Source: Acidimicrobiales bacterium (lineage in GTDB: Bacteria > Actinomycetota > Acidimicrobiia > Acidimicrobiales > Bog-793). From it: 64,000 nt of DNA. The notes beneath the pieces were generated by a model. It saw only the letters and a list, made by a program, of their open reading frames with translations. It was not told the DNA's origin and did no database searches. Shown here piece after piece: positions 8,722-17,557 of this stretch (position 1 is the stretch's first letter; every line of letters starts with the position of its first letter). The DNA lies in NCBI GenBank assembly GCA_050012675.1, contig JBEKGS010000007.1:14405-78404 (forward strand), written 5' to 3'. Both the position numbers and the translations under genes were made by a program.

Positions 8722-9078
8722 ATGGTGGCCGCCGACGAGCTTTCCGGAGTGATCGAACGAGAACTTGCCCTCATGTCCCCGGATGTCAGACGGTCTCCGG
8801 CACTCGTCGACGAGCTGCTCGACCCGGAATTCCGCGAAATCGGAATGTCTGGCACGTATTGGACCCGATCGGAAACGATACGAGCCCTTGCCGCCGAAGT
8901 GGGCGCGGACACCTGCGGCGTAGAGGTGACCGAGATGCACGGAACAGTCCTGGAGTCGAAGCTCATCCTCTTGACCTACGTCTCGAGTCGCGACGGGCGT
9001 CGCGCACGCCGAAGTTCCCTATGGAGATGCTCGGACGACAAATGGCGTCTCGTGTTCCATCAGGGCACCGTTCTCTAG
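8722..9078 (+). CDS. NTF2-like / DUF4440 (SnoaL-like) family protein
   Basis: 118 aa. LLDPEFREIGMSGTYWTRSETI ... SSLWRCSDDKWRLVFHQGT is the typical DUF4440 pattern. Confidence 0.7.
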   Translation: MVAADELSGVIERELALMSPDVRRSPALVDELLDPEFREIGMSGTYWTRSETIRALAAEVGADTCGVEVTEMHGTVLESKLILLTYVSSRDGRRARRSSLWRCSDDKWRLVFHQGTVL

Positions 9079-9144
9079 GACTGCCGCCTGAGCCGCGGAC
9101 CACCCTTTTGACCGCCGCCGACGTGCCTTGCCCCGGTCGGCGCA

Positions 9145-10686
9145 TCAGGGGGAGACAGCCGACTCGGCCATCAACGCCGAGCTCGACACCTCCGGGTCAC
9201 CGACCACGATCTCGCGCAGTACATGATGACGCGACGCACGCACGAGCACGCCCGCTGCCACGGCGGCGGATGCGAGCAGGGCCGCACTAACTGTGAAGGC
9301 CGTGGTGTAGCCGTGGACCGCGGCGACCTGGAGCGCTGCCCTGCCGGTGCGGACGTGTGCGGTGAGGTAGCTGGCCGCCGCGGCAGAGGCCACTGTGTTC
9401 AAGAGCGCAGTACCGAGCGATCCCCCGACTTGTTGAGTGGTGTTGACAAGTGCGCTGGCCACACCCGCGTCGAGGGGGTCGACGCCCACCAGGGCCGTGG
9501 AGGACATCGGGACAAATGTCATGCCCATGCCGAGGCTGACGAGGATCTCGGGCGGCAGGACGTGGGCCAGGTAGGTGCTGTGCACACTCAGGCCCGTGAA
9601 CCACAACAATCCGCCCGCAGCAAACATCAGCCCGATCACCATCAAAGCTCGTGGCCCGATGCGGGGAAGCAGGCGCGTGGCCAGACCGGCGCCCACGATG
9701 ATCCCTCCCGAGAAGGGAAGGAAGGCGAACCCGGTCTTTAATACCGAGTACCCAAGGGTCTCCTGGAGGAAGTAGGTGAGGAAGAGGAAGGTCCCCAAGA
9801 GCGCACTTCCCACGAGCAGCGAAGCCAGGTAGGACCCGCCCCGATTGCGATCGAGGACCACGCGCATGGGCAACAGCGGCTGGGCCGAATGAAGTTCGAT
9901 GACGACGAAGATGCAAAGGGCGGCAGCTGCTCCCGCCAACAGCCCGAGAGTTAGAGGCGCCGCCCATCCGTCGGTGCCCGCCATCGTGAAGCCGTAGACG
10001 AGCAGGAAGAACCCCGCCGTGACGGTCACCGCTCCAGGGATGTCGTAGCCGCTGCGCTCGTGCACGCGACTCTCCTTGATGAAGCGCAATGCGCCCAGAA
10101 CCGCCACCACGGCGATGGGCGCGTTGATGAGCAAGGTCCAGCGCCACGAGGCCCACTGGGTCAAGGTGCCGCCCAGCACCAGGCCTATGGCCGCACCTCC
10201 TCCGGCGATGGCGCCGTAGATGCCAAAGGCGCGAGCCCGCTCCTGGACCGCGGTGAACGTCGTGGTGAGAAGGGACAACGAAGCAGGTGCCATGAGCGCG
10301 GCAAACGCACCCTGCAGGGCCCTGGCGCCGAAGAGCATGGCCGGGTCCTGCGCCAAACCGCCGAGGGCGGAAGCAGCTCCGAAGCCGATGAGTCCGACGA
10401 TGAACATGCGTCGCCGCCCGAGGTAGTCGGCGATCCTGCCGCCGAGAAGCAGAAGGCTGCCGAAGGCGAGCGTGTAGGCGCTCAGCACCCACTGGCGGTC
10501 GGCGGTCGAGATGTGCAGGGCTCGCTGCGCAGAGGGCAGAGCGACGATCACGACCGACGCGTCAAGCACGATCATCAGCTGCGCAACGGCAATCACGGCG
10601 AGCGACCACCACCGGGTCGGATCGGGCTCGGAGCTCGTTACGCTGGTGGTTGGTACGGCGTCTACAGCGGTCGGCTCGTTGGTCAT
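9145..10686 (-). CDS. MFS transporter, DHA2 (EmrB/QacA) 14-TMS family
   Basis: WWSLAVIAVAQLMIVLDASVVIVALPS and GGRIADYLGRRRMF motifs. Start set to ATG 10686, preceded by GGGGGAA, not the longer ORF start at 10764. Confidence 0.9.
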   Translation of the reverse strand: MTNEPTAVDAVPTTSVTSSEPDPTRWWSLAVIAVAQLMIVLDASVVIVALPSAQRALHISTADRQWVLSAYTLAFGSLLLLGGRIADYLGRRRMFIVGLIGFGAASALGGLAQDPAMLFGARALQGAFAALMAPASLSLLTTTFTAVQERARAFGIYGAIAGGGAAIGLVLGGTLTQWASWRWTLLINAPIAVVAVLGALRFIKESRVHERSGYDIPGAVTVTAGFFLLVYGFTMAGTDGWAAPLTLGLLAGAAAALCIFVVIELHSAQPLLPMRVVLDRNRGGSYLASLLVGSALLGTFLFLTYFLQETLGYSVLKTGFAFLPFSGGIIVGAGLATRLLPRIGPRALMVIGLMFAAGGLLWFTGLSVHSTYLAHVLPPEILVSLGMGMTFVPMSSTALVGVDPLDAGVASALVNTTQQVGGSLGTALLNTVASAAAASYLTAHVRTGRAALQVAAVHGYTTAFTVSAALLASAAVAAGVLVRASRHHVLREIVVGDPEVSSSALMAESAVSP

Positions 10687-10767
10687 CGGGTTCCCCCTGT
10701 TCCGGTGGCTCGTGTCTGGCTGGTTCGGATATATTCGGAGCGATGGCTCCGCTTCCTCCCCCACTAT

Positions 10768-10785
10768 ACGGAACGATCGTTCCGT
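10768..10785. promoter_or_regulatory. Candidate TetR operator, 18-bp perfect palindrome ACGGAACGATCGTTCCGT
   Basis: Read directly in the 127-nt divergent MFS/TetR intergenic region. Confidence 0.45.
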
Positions 10786-10813
10786 TTGTCAACAGCGCTG
10801 CCCACCCGGTCCA

Positions 10814-11431
10814 GTGACAACCAATCTCCCCAAGATCCGGTCTCTTCGCGTGGACGCCGTGAGGAACCGTGAGCGCATACTCGAAGCAGCCGAGTCAGTC
10901 TTCTCCGCCGAGGGTGTCTCCGCGCCCATCGACAGGGTGGCGGAACGCGCCGAGGTAGGAGTGGGAACGGTCTATCGCCACTTCCCTACAAAAGAAGACC
11001 TCTTCGAGGCCATCGTCTCCACGCGCCTCGAGGATCTGCTCGCGCTTGCCAAGGCCGAGGCGTCCGCGGAGTCCCCCGGCCCGGCACTGTTCTCGTTCCT
11101 TCACGAGTTCGCCCGTCAGGCCACCGCCAAGCACGACCTGTTCGACGCCATGGGTGCCATAGGCATCGACTTCAAGACGCGCTGCGCCGAGAAACTGGAG
11201 GAGATGAAGGCACGCATGGGGCTGCTCCTCGCGAGGGCCCAGGAGTCCGGGGTCGTCCGGCACGACACCTCGGTCGATGAGCTCATAGGCCTCGTGATAG
11301 GTACGTGTCAGGCAGCGGTCCAAGCAGGCCTCGACCAAGACGCCCGCCGGCGCATGCTGGGGGTCGTCTGCGACGGTATCCGGGTGCCGAACGCGACCGA
11401 CTCCTCATCGACGGGGGTGCCGAAGGTCTGA
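10814..11431 (+). CDS. TetR/AcrR family transcriptional regulator
   Basis: HTH RNRERILEAAESVFSAEGVSAPIDRVAERAEVGVGTVYRHFPTKEDLF. Start set to the in-frame GTG at 10814, because the longer ORF (10511) overlaps the MFS gene antisense. Confidence 0.85.
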   Translation: MTTNLPKIRSLRVDAVRNRERILEAAESVFSAEGVSAPIDRVAERAEVGVGTVYRHFPTKEDLFEAIVSTRLEDLLALAKAEASAESPGPALFSFLHEFARQATAKHDLFDAMGAIGIDFKTRCAEKLEEMKARMGLLLARAQESGVVRHDTSVDELIGLVIGTCQAAVQAGLDQDARRRMLGVVCDGIRVPNATDSSSTGVPKV

Positions 11432-11640
11432 GCGCGTCACCCGGCTCCGGATGAAAGCCCGGGAAACAGCCCCGCTCGAACGCTTGGCCTCCTTGGATCC
11501 CGACGAGTTCATGTGGATTTAATCGGCCTGTGAGGATCCTGAGTGGCGCTGCCATCACGGACCGTTAGAACAGCCGGGTGACCGATACCTCTGGCAGCCT
11601 CCACCCCGAGAGGCGAGCTCGACCTTGTTCGGCCGCCCCG

Positions 11641-12063
11641 ATGCGGATCGCGCTCGTGGCTCACGACAACAAGAAGTTGGACCTGGTCGAGTGGGCGCGC
11701 GTAAACCGGAACACCCTCTCGCATCACAAGCTCCTCGCCACCAACAGCACCGGAGAGATGCTCGAGGCGGAGCTGGGCACGCCCGTGGACCGTCTGTACT
11801 CGGGCCCGCTCGGTGGTGACCTGCAGCTCGGGGCGAAAATCACCGAGGGCGGAATCGACCTGCTCTTCTTCTTCTGGGATCCGCTCGAACCACAACCTCA
11901 TGACCCCGATGTCAAGGCTCTCCTGCGCATAGCGGTGGTCTGGAACGTCCCGGTCGCCTGCAACCGTGCGACGGCGGATTTTCTCATCACATCTCCTTTG
12001 TTCGACGGCGACTACCACAGGACCGTGCCGGAGTACTCGACGAGCAAGCCGGCCGACAGCTGA
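11641..12063 (+). CDS. mgsA: Methylglyoxal synthase
   Basis: [19 protein letters not shown]...LLATNSTG...[11 protein letters not shown]...[34 protein letters not shown] matches MgsA along its whole length. Start set at ATG 11641. Confidence 0.9.
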   Translation: MRIALVAHDNKKLDLVEWARVNRNTLSHHKLLATNSTGEMLEAELGTPVDRLYSGPLGGDLQLGAKITEGGIDLLFFFWDPLEPQPHDPDVKALLRIAVVWNVPVACNRATADFLITSPLFDGDYHRTVPEYSTSKPADS

Positions 12064-12139
12064 TCACGCCAGCGGTCAACCGCGAGGCGATCAGGCCCAC
12101 ATGGCGAAGAGATCGTGCCGGCGAGCCCGGGACCTGCGG

Positions 12140-12598
12140 TCACTCGGAGCAGTTCCTGCAGCGCCCGGCCATGGCGAAATGGTGAGGATCGATCGAGAAC
12201 CCGTAGTGGACCTTCACAAGGCCGGCGAGAACGGCGAACAGCTCGTCGGGTGATTCGGTCACGGCGCCGCAGACCTCGCAGACGAGATGGGAGTGGGCGA
12301 CCGGCGATACGTCGAAGACCGCGCGGCCGTGCCCCAGATGCGAGTGGCTGACGACGCCCATGGCTTCGAGCTCGTCGAGGAACCGGTAGATCGTCGACAT
12401 GTGGACGTCGAGCCCGTAGGCGCCGACCTGTCGGCCGAGATCCTCGGCGAGCTGCGGCGCCGTGCAGTGTCCCGTACGTTCGAAAAGTGCCCGGAGCACA
12501 AGGCGGCGTGCCGTGGTGACGCGGCCCCCCCGATGACGAAGCTCGCCAAGCACAACCTCGACAGGATCGAGCTCCTCCGCCTCCTCATCGAGCGTCAT
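12140..12598 (-). CDS. Fur family metalloregulator (Nur-like by context)
   Basis: 152 aa with a DNA-binding domain (RVTTARRLVLRALFE..HCTAPQL), a His-rich sensing region (HSHLGHG, HSH) and two CxxC pairs (CEVCG, CRNC). It is divergent from a NiCoT transporter. Confidence 0.85.
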   Translation of the reverse strand: MTLDEEAEELDPVEVVLGELRHRGGRVTTARRLVLRALFERTGHCTAPQLAEDLGRQVGAYGLDVHMSTIYRFLDELEAMGVVSHSHLGHGRAVFDVSPVAHSHLVCEVCGAVTESPDELFAVLAGLVKVHYGFSIDPHHFAMAGRCRNCSE

Positions 12599-12616
12599 CC
12601 CGCGAGCATGACAGCT

Positions 12617-12639
12617 ACGGATCTCTATTGCAGATCCGT
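12617..12639. promoter_or_regulatory. Candidate Fur-family operator, inverted repeat ACGGATCT-N7-AGATCCGT
   Basis: Read directly in the Fur/NiCoT divergent intergenic region. The spacer motif CTATTGC recurs about 30 nt downstream, flanked by a CAGCTCGC direct repeat. Confidence 0.4.
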
Positions 12640-12738
12640 CCCGTTTCAGTCCAGCTCGCTATTGCGTTCAGCTCGCAGTTAGGCCAGACTCGAACACGAG
12701 GCCACGGGCTGACTGACAAACCTGTCGGGGAGGGGCGC

Positions 12739-13938
12739 ATGGCAACTACGGTCACCGGCGGACACGGTGGACGCCTGAGAACCATCCGGGACGCACTGAC
12801 CCCTCAGGAGTGGGGCAGGGTCGGTGCGATGACAGGCATCGTGATCTTCCTCAATGTGCTCGGCTGGGCGATGTTGGCGACCGCCACAGGTCACCATTAC
12901 CACCTGAGCAAGACGGATGTCTTCGGGCTCGGGACTGGAGTCCTCGCCTACACGCTCGGGATGCGTCACGCCTTCGACGCCGACCACATCTCTGCGATCG
13001 ACAACACCACCCGCAAGCTCATGGCTGACGGGAAGCGCCCGCTCAGCGTCGGGTTCTTCTTCTCACTCGGCCATTCGACGATCGTGTTCCTCCTGGCGGT
13101 GCTGCTCAACTTCGGGATCCGTGCTCTCGACCGCCAGGTCAAGGTGGGCTCCTCGGGGCTGCACCAGTGGACAGGCATTGTCGGGACGTCGGTGTCCGGG
13201 TTCTTCCTCTATCTCATCGCCGGCCTCAACGTCGTGATCCTCGTGTCGATCCTGAGGGTCTTCCGCGATCTGCGCCGGGGTGAATTCGACGACGAGGAAC
13301 TGGATGAGCAGCTGAACAAGCGCGGCCTCATGAACAGACTTCTCGGTGGCTTTGCTCGCAGGATCGACACGCCGTGGAAGATGTACCCGGTCGGAGTCCT
13401 GTTCGGGCTCGGCTTCGACACAGCCACCGAGGTGGCACTACTCGTCCTGTCGGGAACCGCCGTCGCGAGCGGCTTGCCCTTCTACGCGATCTTGTCCTTG
13501 CCGATCCTGTTCGCCGCAGGCATGTGCCTGTTCGACACCCTGGACGGATGCTTCATGAACTTCGCCTACGGGTGGGCGTTCTCCCGGCCCATCCGGAAGG
13601 TGTACTACAACATCATCATCACCGGGCTCTCGGTCGCCGTGGCCTTCGTCATCGGGACGATCGAGCTTGTCGGGCTCCTCTCCAGCGAGCTCAACCTCCA
13701 CGGCAGTTTCTGGGACACGATGGCGAACTTCAACATCAACCGCGCCGGCTTCATCATCGTGGGGATGTTCGTGGTCACCTGGGCGGTGGCCCTCGCGGTC
13801 TGGCGTTTCGGCCACATCGAGACGCGCTGGGACCGGTCTCCGGCTCTCACAAAGGCGGAGGCTCCGGCAATGGCGCGATTGGAACGCGGCATCGAAGGTG
13901 TCGATCCTTATGAGGCGGCCTGGGCGGACGCCGAATAG
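12739..13938 (+). CDS. HoxN/HupN/NixA family nickel/cobalt transporter (NiCoT)
   Basis: Signature RHAFDADHISAIDNTTRKLM and FFFSLGHSTIVF, with multiple TM segments. Start set at ATG 12739 after GGGGAGGGG. Confidence 0.9.
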   Translation: MATTVTGGHGGRLRTIRDALTPQEWGRVGAMTGIVIFLNVLGWAMLATATGHHYHLSKTDVFGLGTGVLAYTLGMRHAFDADHISAIDNTTRKLMADGKRPLSVGFFFSLGHSTIVFLLAVLLNFGIRALDRQVKVGSSGLHQWTGIVGTSVSGFFLYLIAGLNVVILVSILRVFRDLRRGEFDDEELDEQLNKRGLMNRLLGGFARRIDTPWKMYPVGVLFGLGFDTATEVALLVLSGTAVASGLPFYAILSLPILFAAGMCLFDTLDGCFMNFAYGWAFSRPIRKVYYNIIITGLSVAVAFVIGTIELVGLLSSELNLHGSFWDTMANFNINRAGFIIVGMFVVTWAVALAVWRFGHIETRWDRSPALTKAEAPAMARLERGIEGVDPYEAAWADAE

Positions 13939-14011
13939 GCATCGGCCAAGAGCCGCGGCCTGGTTACGCGAGGCGGCGCATCGCGGAGCTGTCGACCTGC
14001 CTGAAGCTCCT

Positions 14012-16618
14012 CTAGAGCACGTCGACGGCGTCAACGCCGAGCGGCGGCGTCTTCGGGACGTCGTAGAACTGGATGCGGACGTCGGAGTGGGGCCGGTTCG
14101 CCGTAACGCATGCCGAGACATGGCTCCACCGGCCACTGCCCGGGAGCGGCCCGAAGCTCACCGATGAGGATTGGCCCGGAGACTCGCCGTACAACCAGAT
14201 AGTCATCCGGCCACGTGCTCCCGAACCGACGGCCGCCGTGACAACATCGGCATCGGCGCAAAAGCTCTCACCTGCGCTCGTCGGCAGGGAGACGTCCTGG
14301 TAGATGCCACCACCGGCGGTTGAGGTGGTGATCGCGCCAAAGCCGTTGCCCTCATACGAGCTCGTAACCGGCTCGGCGGCGGCCTCGATCCGAAAGCGCG
14401 TGTCACCAGTAGCCCGCCAGGCGTCGCCCTCGTGGTTGTTGAAACCTCCGTTTGCGACAAAGGACTGATGGACGTCGACCGCGTCGACTCCCAGTCGTGG
14501 CTTGTTCGCGAAGTCGAAGAACTGGACCCTCACCACCGAATGTGACCGTGTCGCTGTCACACAGGTCGAAACATGGGTCCACTGGCTCGCGTTCGGCAAC
14601 GGCCCGAAACTCACCGACGAGGACTCCCGCGGGGACTCACCCAGCAGCCATAGGGTCATTCGTCCGCGTGCGCCGGGGTGAGCCGCCGCAGTAACGACCT
14701 CCGCGTCGGCGCAAAGGCTGTCGTCAGCCACGATCGGGGCCGCGATGTCCTGGTAGAAACCCCCACCACGGCCCGAAGTGCTGGTGTAGCCGAAGCCACT
14801 GCCCTCGTACGGCCTGGTGCCGGCCAGCTTGCCCGACGTCTCGATGCCAAGCTGCGAGCTGCCGGCCGTCTTCCAGCCGCCCGCATGCTCGAAGCCACCG
14901 TTTGAGACGAGCGACTCGTGGACGTCGACGTCCTCGACGACGAGTCGCGGGCTTGTGCCGGAGAACTGGATGCGAAGGTCTGAATGGGCTCGGGACGCCG
15001 TCACACAAGCCGACACGTCGCTCCACCTGTTCTTGCCGGGGAGCAGCCCGAAAGCCACGGAGGACTCCTCGCCTTGCGATCCGCCGAGGAGCCTCAGTGC
15101 CATCGTGCCCCGTGACCGTGAGCGGGCCTCGGTACTGAGGACCTCAGCGTCGGCACAGAAGCTTTCTCCCTCCTTTACCGGCACCGAGATGTCCTGGTAG
15201 ACGCCCTGACGGGAGACCGAGGTGTCGGCGAGGGCGAAACCGTCGCCCCCTTCTGCCCTGACTCCGGGTTTGCCGACCGTTCCGGTCCCACGCCTCGAGT
15301 GGCTCGTCTGCCAACCATGGCCGCCATCGTGACCGAAACCAGCGTCGTCCACGAGATCGCCGAGAGGCGATTCGGCGGACACGACCGAAGGCGGCGCTTG
15401 GAGCCATCCCGTCACCGGCATGCCGTAGTCCGGCTGGACGACGTTGTCGACCACGTTGAGGGTGTTGGTGCCGTTGCCACCGTTCATGTTCTGTTCGATA
15501 ATCCCTATCGTCCCGCTCCCGTTGGTCACGTTCGTCGAGGTGACGACCGCCGTGTGACCCTCGGCCCACGTCGGTTCCATGCTGAGCACGTCGCCCGGTA
15601 CCGGTACGGTCGCACCGTCGTTGGCGACCCTTTCCAGGTTGCCGCCGTCTCGGGGTGAATAGTTCCAAACCACGTCCGAGCCGTTGGCCGGGTAGGGACG
15701 CACCCCGTACTCGAGGTACAGCCACCGCATGGACAGTTCGACGCATTCCCACTCGTACTCTCCCCATGCGTGAGGGAAGAAAGCGACGGTCCTGTCCCAG
15801 CCGCCCCGGTTCGCGCCCGGTCCGCAGGCCGTGAGCCCGTCCCAGCTCGAGAGCGGGAACGACCCGGGATTGTTGTCCTCATCGCAGTTCCCGCTCCACC
15901 AAGGCGGGAACCGAACCGCTGGCGGGTCAGTCGTGCTGTCAGAAGCCAGGATCACGTGCGGGGTCATGGGGGCCTCAGGTGCTGGTGCGATCAGCTCACT
16001 GCTCGGCACCGTTGTAGGCGTCGAGATGTTGCCCGCTACGACCGATGTGCCGGCGCCGAAGGCCGCTTGGGCGCGGTGGCCCGACCTGAGCGGCCCTGCC
16101 GCCTGGACGACCCAGAGCCGGTTGCCCGCGTTGGTCAGCCACGACACGACCTCGGTCGCCTGACGGCGCGGGCCGAGTGCGACTTCGACCACCCGAGCCG
16201 AGCCTTTGACGAGGCGGCCGAATATCATCGCCGAAGGGTGCACCGAGCGGATCAACGCCCCGGTGCCGGTCGCTCGGTATTCGCGCAGGTGCTGACGCTC
16301 GACTATCCCGGTGTCCGGGGCCGGGGCGGCCGACCCGAACGGGTACGCGTAGATCGTGAAGCCCCTGTACGTGTGGGGTGCCTGAGTCACCGCTGCGGCA
16401 GCCTGGAAGGCATCGCCTGGCTTGGAGGCGACGAAGTCCGTCGGGGGAAGCGCTGGGGACCGGACGACCAGGTTCACACCGTCGACAACCGTCCGGGCCG
16501 AGTACAGGTTGCTGGCGGCACGGATCGAGCCCACCCCGAACGGTGTCGCGAGCGCGCTCACTAGGACCATCCCGGTGGCGAGCGACTCCATTTTCCAGGT
16601 TCTTCTCTCGTAGCGCAC
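14012..16618 (-). CDS. Secreted CHAP-domain (cysteine peptidase/amidase) protein with three C-terminal CBM-like repeats; start 16618 or ATG 16591
   Basis: Signal-like MESLATGMVLVSALATPFGVGSIRAAS. CHAP core EYEWECVELSMRWLY ... GDVLSM...EGHTAVVTS...IGIIEQN. This is followed by three repeats of about 150 aa. Confidence 0.85.
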   Translation of the reverse strand: MRYERRTWKMESLATGMVLVSALATPFGVGSIRAASNLYSARTVVDGVNLVVRSPALPPTDFVASKPGDAFQAAAAVTQAPHTYRGFTIYAYPFGSAAPAPDTGIVERQHLREYRATGTGALIRSVHPSAMIFGRLVKGSARVVEVALGPRRQATEVVSWLTNAGNRLWVVQAAGPLRSGHRAQAAFGAGTSVVAGNISTPTTVPSSELIAPAPEAPMTPHVILASDSTTDPPAVRFPPWWSGNCDEDNNPGSFPLSSWDGLTACGPGANRGGWDRTVAFFPHAWGEYEWECVELSMRWLYLEYGVRPYPANGSDVVWNYSPRDGGNLERVANDGATVPVPGDVLSMEPTWAEGHTAVVTSTNVTNGSGTIGIIEQNMNGGNGTNTLNVVDNVVQPDYGMPVTGWLQAPPSVVSAESPLGDLVDDAGFGHDGGHGWQTSHSRRGTGTVGKPGVRAEGGDGFALADTSVSRQGVYQDISVPVKEGESFCADAEVLSTEARSRSRGTMALRLLGGSQGEESSVAFGLLPGKNRWSDVSACVTASRAHSDLRIQFSGTSPRLVVEDVDVHESLVSNGGFEHAGGWKTAGSSQLGIETSGKLAGTRPYEGSGFGYTSTSGRGGGFYQDIAAPIVADDSLCADAEVVTAAAHPGARGRMTLWLLGESPRESSSVSFGPLPNASQWTHVSTCVTATRSHSVVRVQFFDFANKPRLGVDAVDVHQSFVANGGFNNHEGDAWRATGDTRFRIEAAAEPVTSSYEGNGFGAITTSTAGGGIYQDVSLPTSAGESFCADADVVTAAVGSGARGRMTIWLYGESPGQSSSVSFGPLPGSGRWSHVSACVTANRPHSDVRIQFYDVPKTPPLGVDAVDVL
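14015..15358 (-). repeat. Three tandem coding repeats of about 450 nt each (roughly 15358-14915, 14914-14465, 14464-14015)
   Basis: The protein repeats share NGGFEH.GG.W, YEG.GFG, GG.YQD, SFCADAEVVTAA, RGRMT.WL.GES, SSVSFGPLP..W.HVS.CVTA and LGVDAVDVH. Each has two conserved Cys. Confidence 0.8.
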
Positions 16619-16755
16619 GGAAGTCTCCCGATTTTGTCGGCCCGACCCCGGGTTGGCTTCCGGACAGTATTGCGCGTGAGCTGCTCAGCTCGCCAGGCGA
16701 AACATGTCCACAGGACCCTGGCGCTCGCCAGAGCCGATCTGTTGTCGTTCGCGAC

Positions 16756-16771
16756 GTCACTTGGAAGTGAC
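16756..16771. promoter_or_regulatory. 7+2+7 inverted repeat GTCACTT-GG-AAGTGAC
   Basis: Read directly in the 201-nt divergent region between the CHAP-protein gene and the histidine phosphatase gene. Confidence 0.3.
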
Positions 16772-16819
16772 ATCGACGCCGGCTCTTGCTTGCAAAGCTG
16801 TTGCTCGTAGGCTTGCGGT

Positions 16820-17557
16820 ATGGCGACCGGACGGGACGTCTCAAGCGAGGCGGCAAGAGGGACGGCACCCGCAACAAGGCTCTATCGTCAAGTGCGCTTC
16901 GAGCCGCCGGCGGGGGCGACCGAGCTCCTGCTCGTGCGCCACGGGGAGTCGGAGGCTGCCGATCCCGATCGCCCGTTCCCAGTTGTCGACGGTCGGGGGG
17001 ATCCGGAGCTCTCACAGCTCGGCCGGGAACAGGCCGGGCTCATTGCCGACCGGCTGGCGTCGACTCGAGTCGAGGCCATCTATGTGACGAACCTGCGTCG
17101 GACAGCCGAGACAGCGGCGCCCCTAGCAGCACGACTCGGTCTCGTGCCTGCAGTCGAGGCGGACCTCGCCGAGGTGCGCCTCGGCGAGTGGGAGAGCGGC
17201 CTGTACCGCCAGCGCGTCGCCGAAGGCGATCCCCTCGCCCTTCGCATGGTCGAAGAGGAGCGTTGGGACGTGATCCCCGGCGCGGAGTCCAATGCGGCCA
17301 TAGCGGCACGCGTCCGTCCTGCGATCGGGCGCATCGCAGAACGCCACGCCGGTAGCCGAGTCGTGTGCTTTGCCCACGGCGGGACGATCGGGACCGTCCT
17401 GGCGCTCGCGACCGGCTCCCGGCCGTTCGCCTTCATCGGCTCCGACAACGGGGCAATCTCCAGCATCGTCGTAGCCGGCCCCCGATGGTGGCTGCGTGGT
17501 TTCAACGATCGATCACATCTGGAACGACACAACCTTCACGTACGCTCCGCTACATGA
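16820..17557 (+). CDS. Histidine phosphatase (phosphoglycerate mutase) family protein
   Basis: LLLVRHGES (RHG motif), TNLRRTAETAAP and FAHGGTIG; 245 aa. Confidence 0.85.
   Translation: MATGRDVSSEAARGTAPATRLYRQVRFEPPAGATELLLVRHGESEAADPDRPFPVVDGRGDPELSQLGREQAGLIADRLASTRVEAIYVTNLRRTAETAAPLAARLGLVPAVEADLAEVRLGEWESGLYRQRVAEGDPLALRMVEEERWDVIPGAESNAAIAARVRPAIGRIAERHAGSRVVCFAHGGTIGTVLALATGSRPFAFIGSDNGAISSIVVAGPRWWLRGFNDRSHLERHNLHVRSAT

Noticed and set aside
11432-11640. Possible structured element or terminator (CCCGG...CCGGG) between the TetR gene and mgsA
   Set aside because: The stem is only 5 bp with a 14-nt loop and no U-tract, so it is not distinguishable from chance in GC-rich DNA.
14541-14561. 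TGTGAC-N9-GTCACA inverted repeat resembling a CRP half-site pair
   Set aside because: The spacing between TGTGA and TCACA is 11 nt, not 6. It lies inside the coding repeats of the CHAP protein, so it is most likely a coding coincidence.
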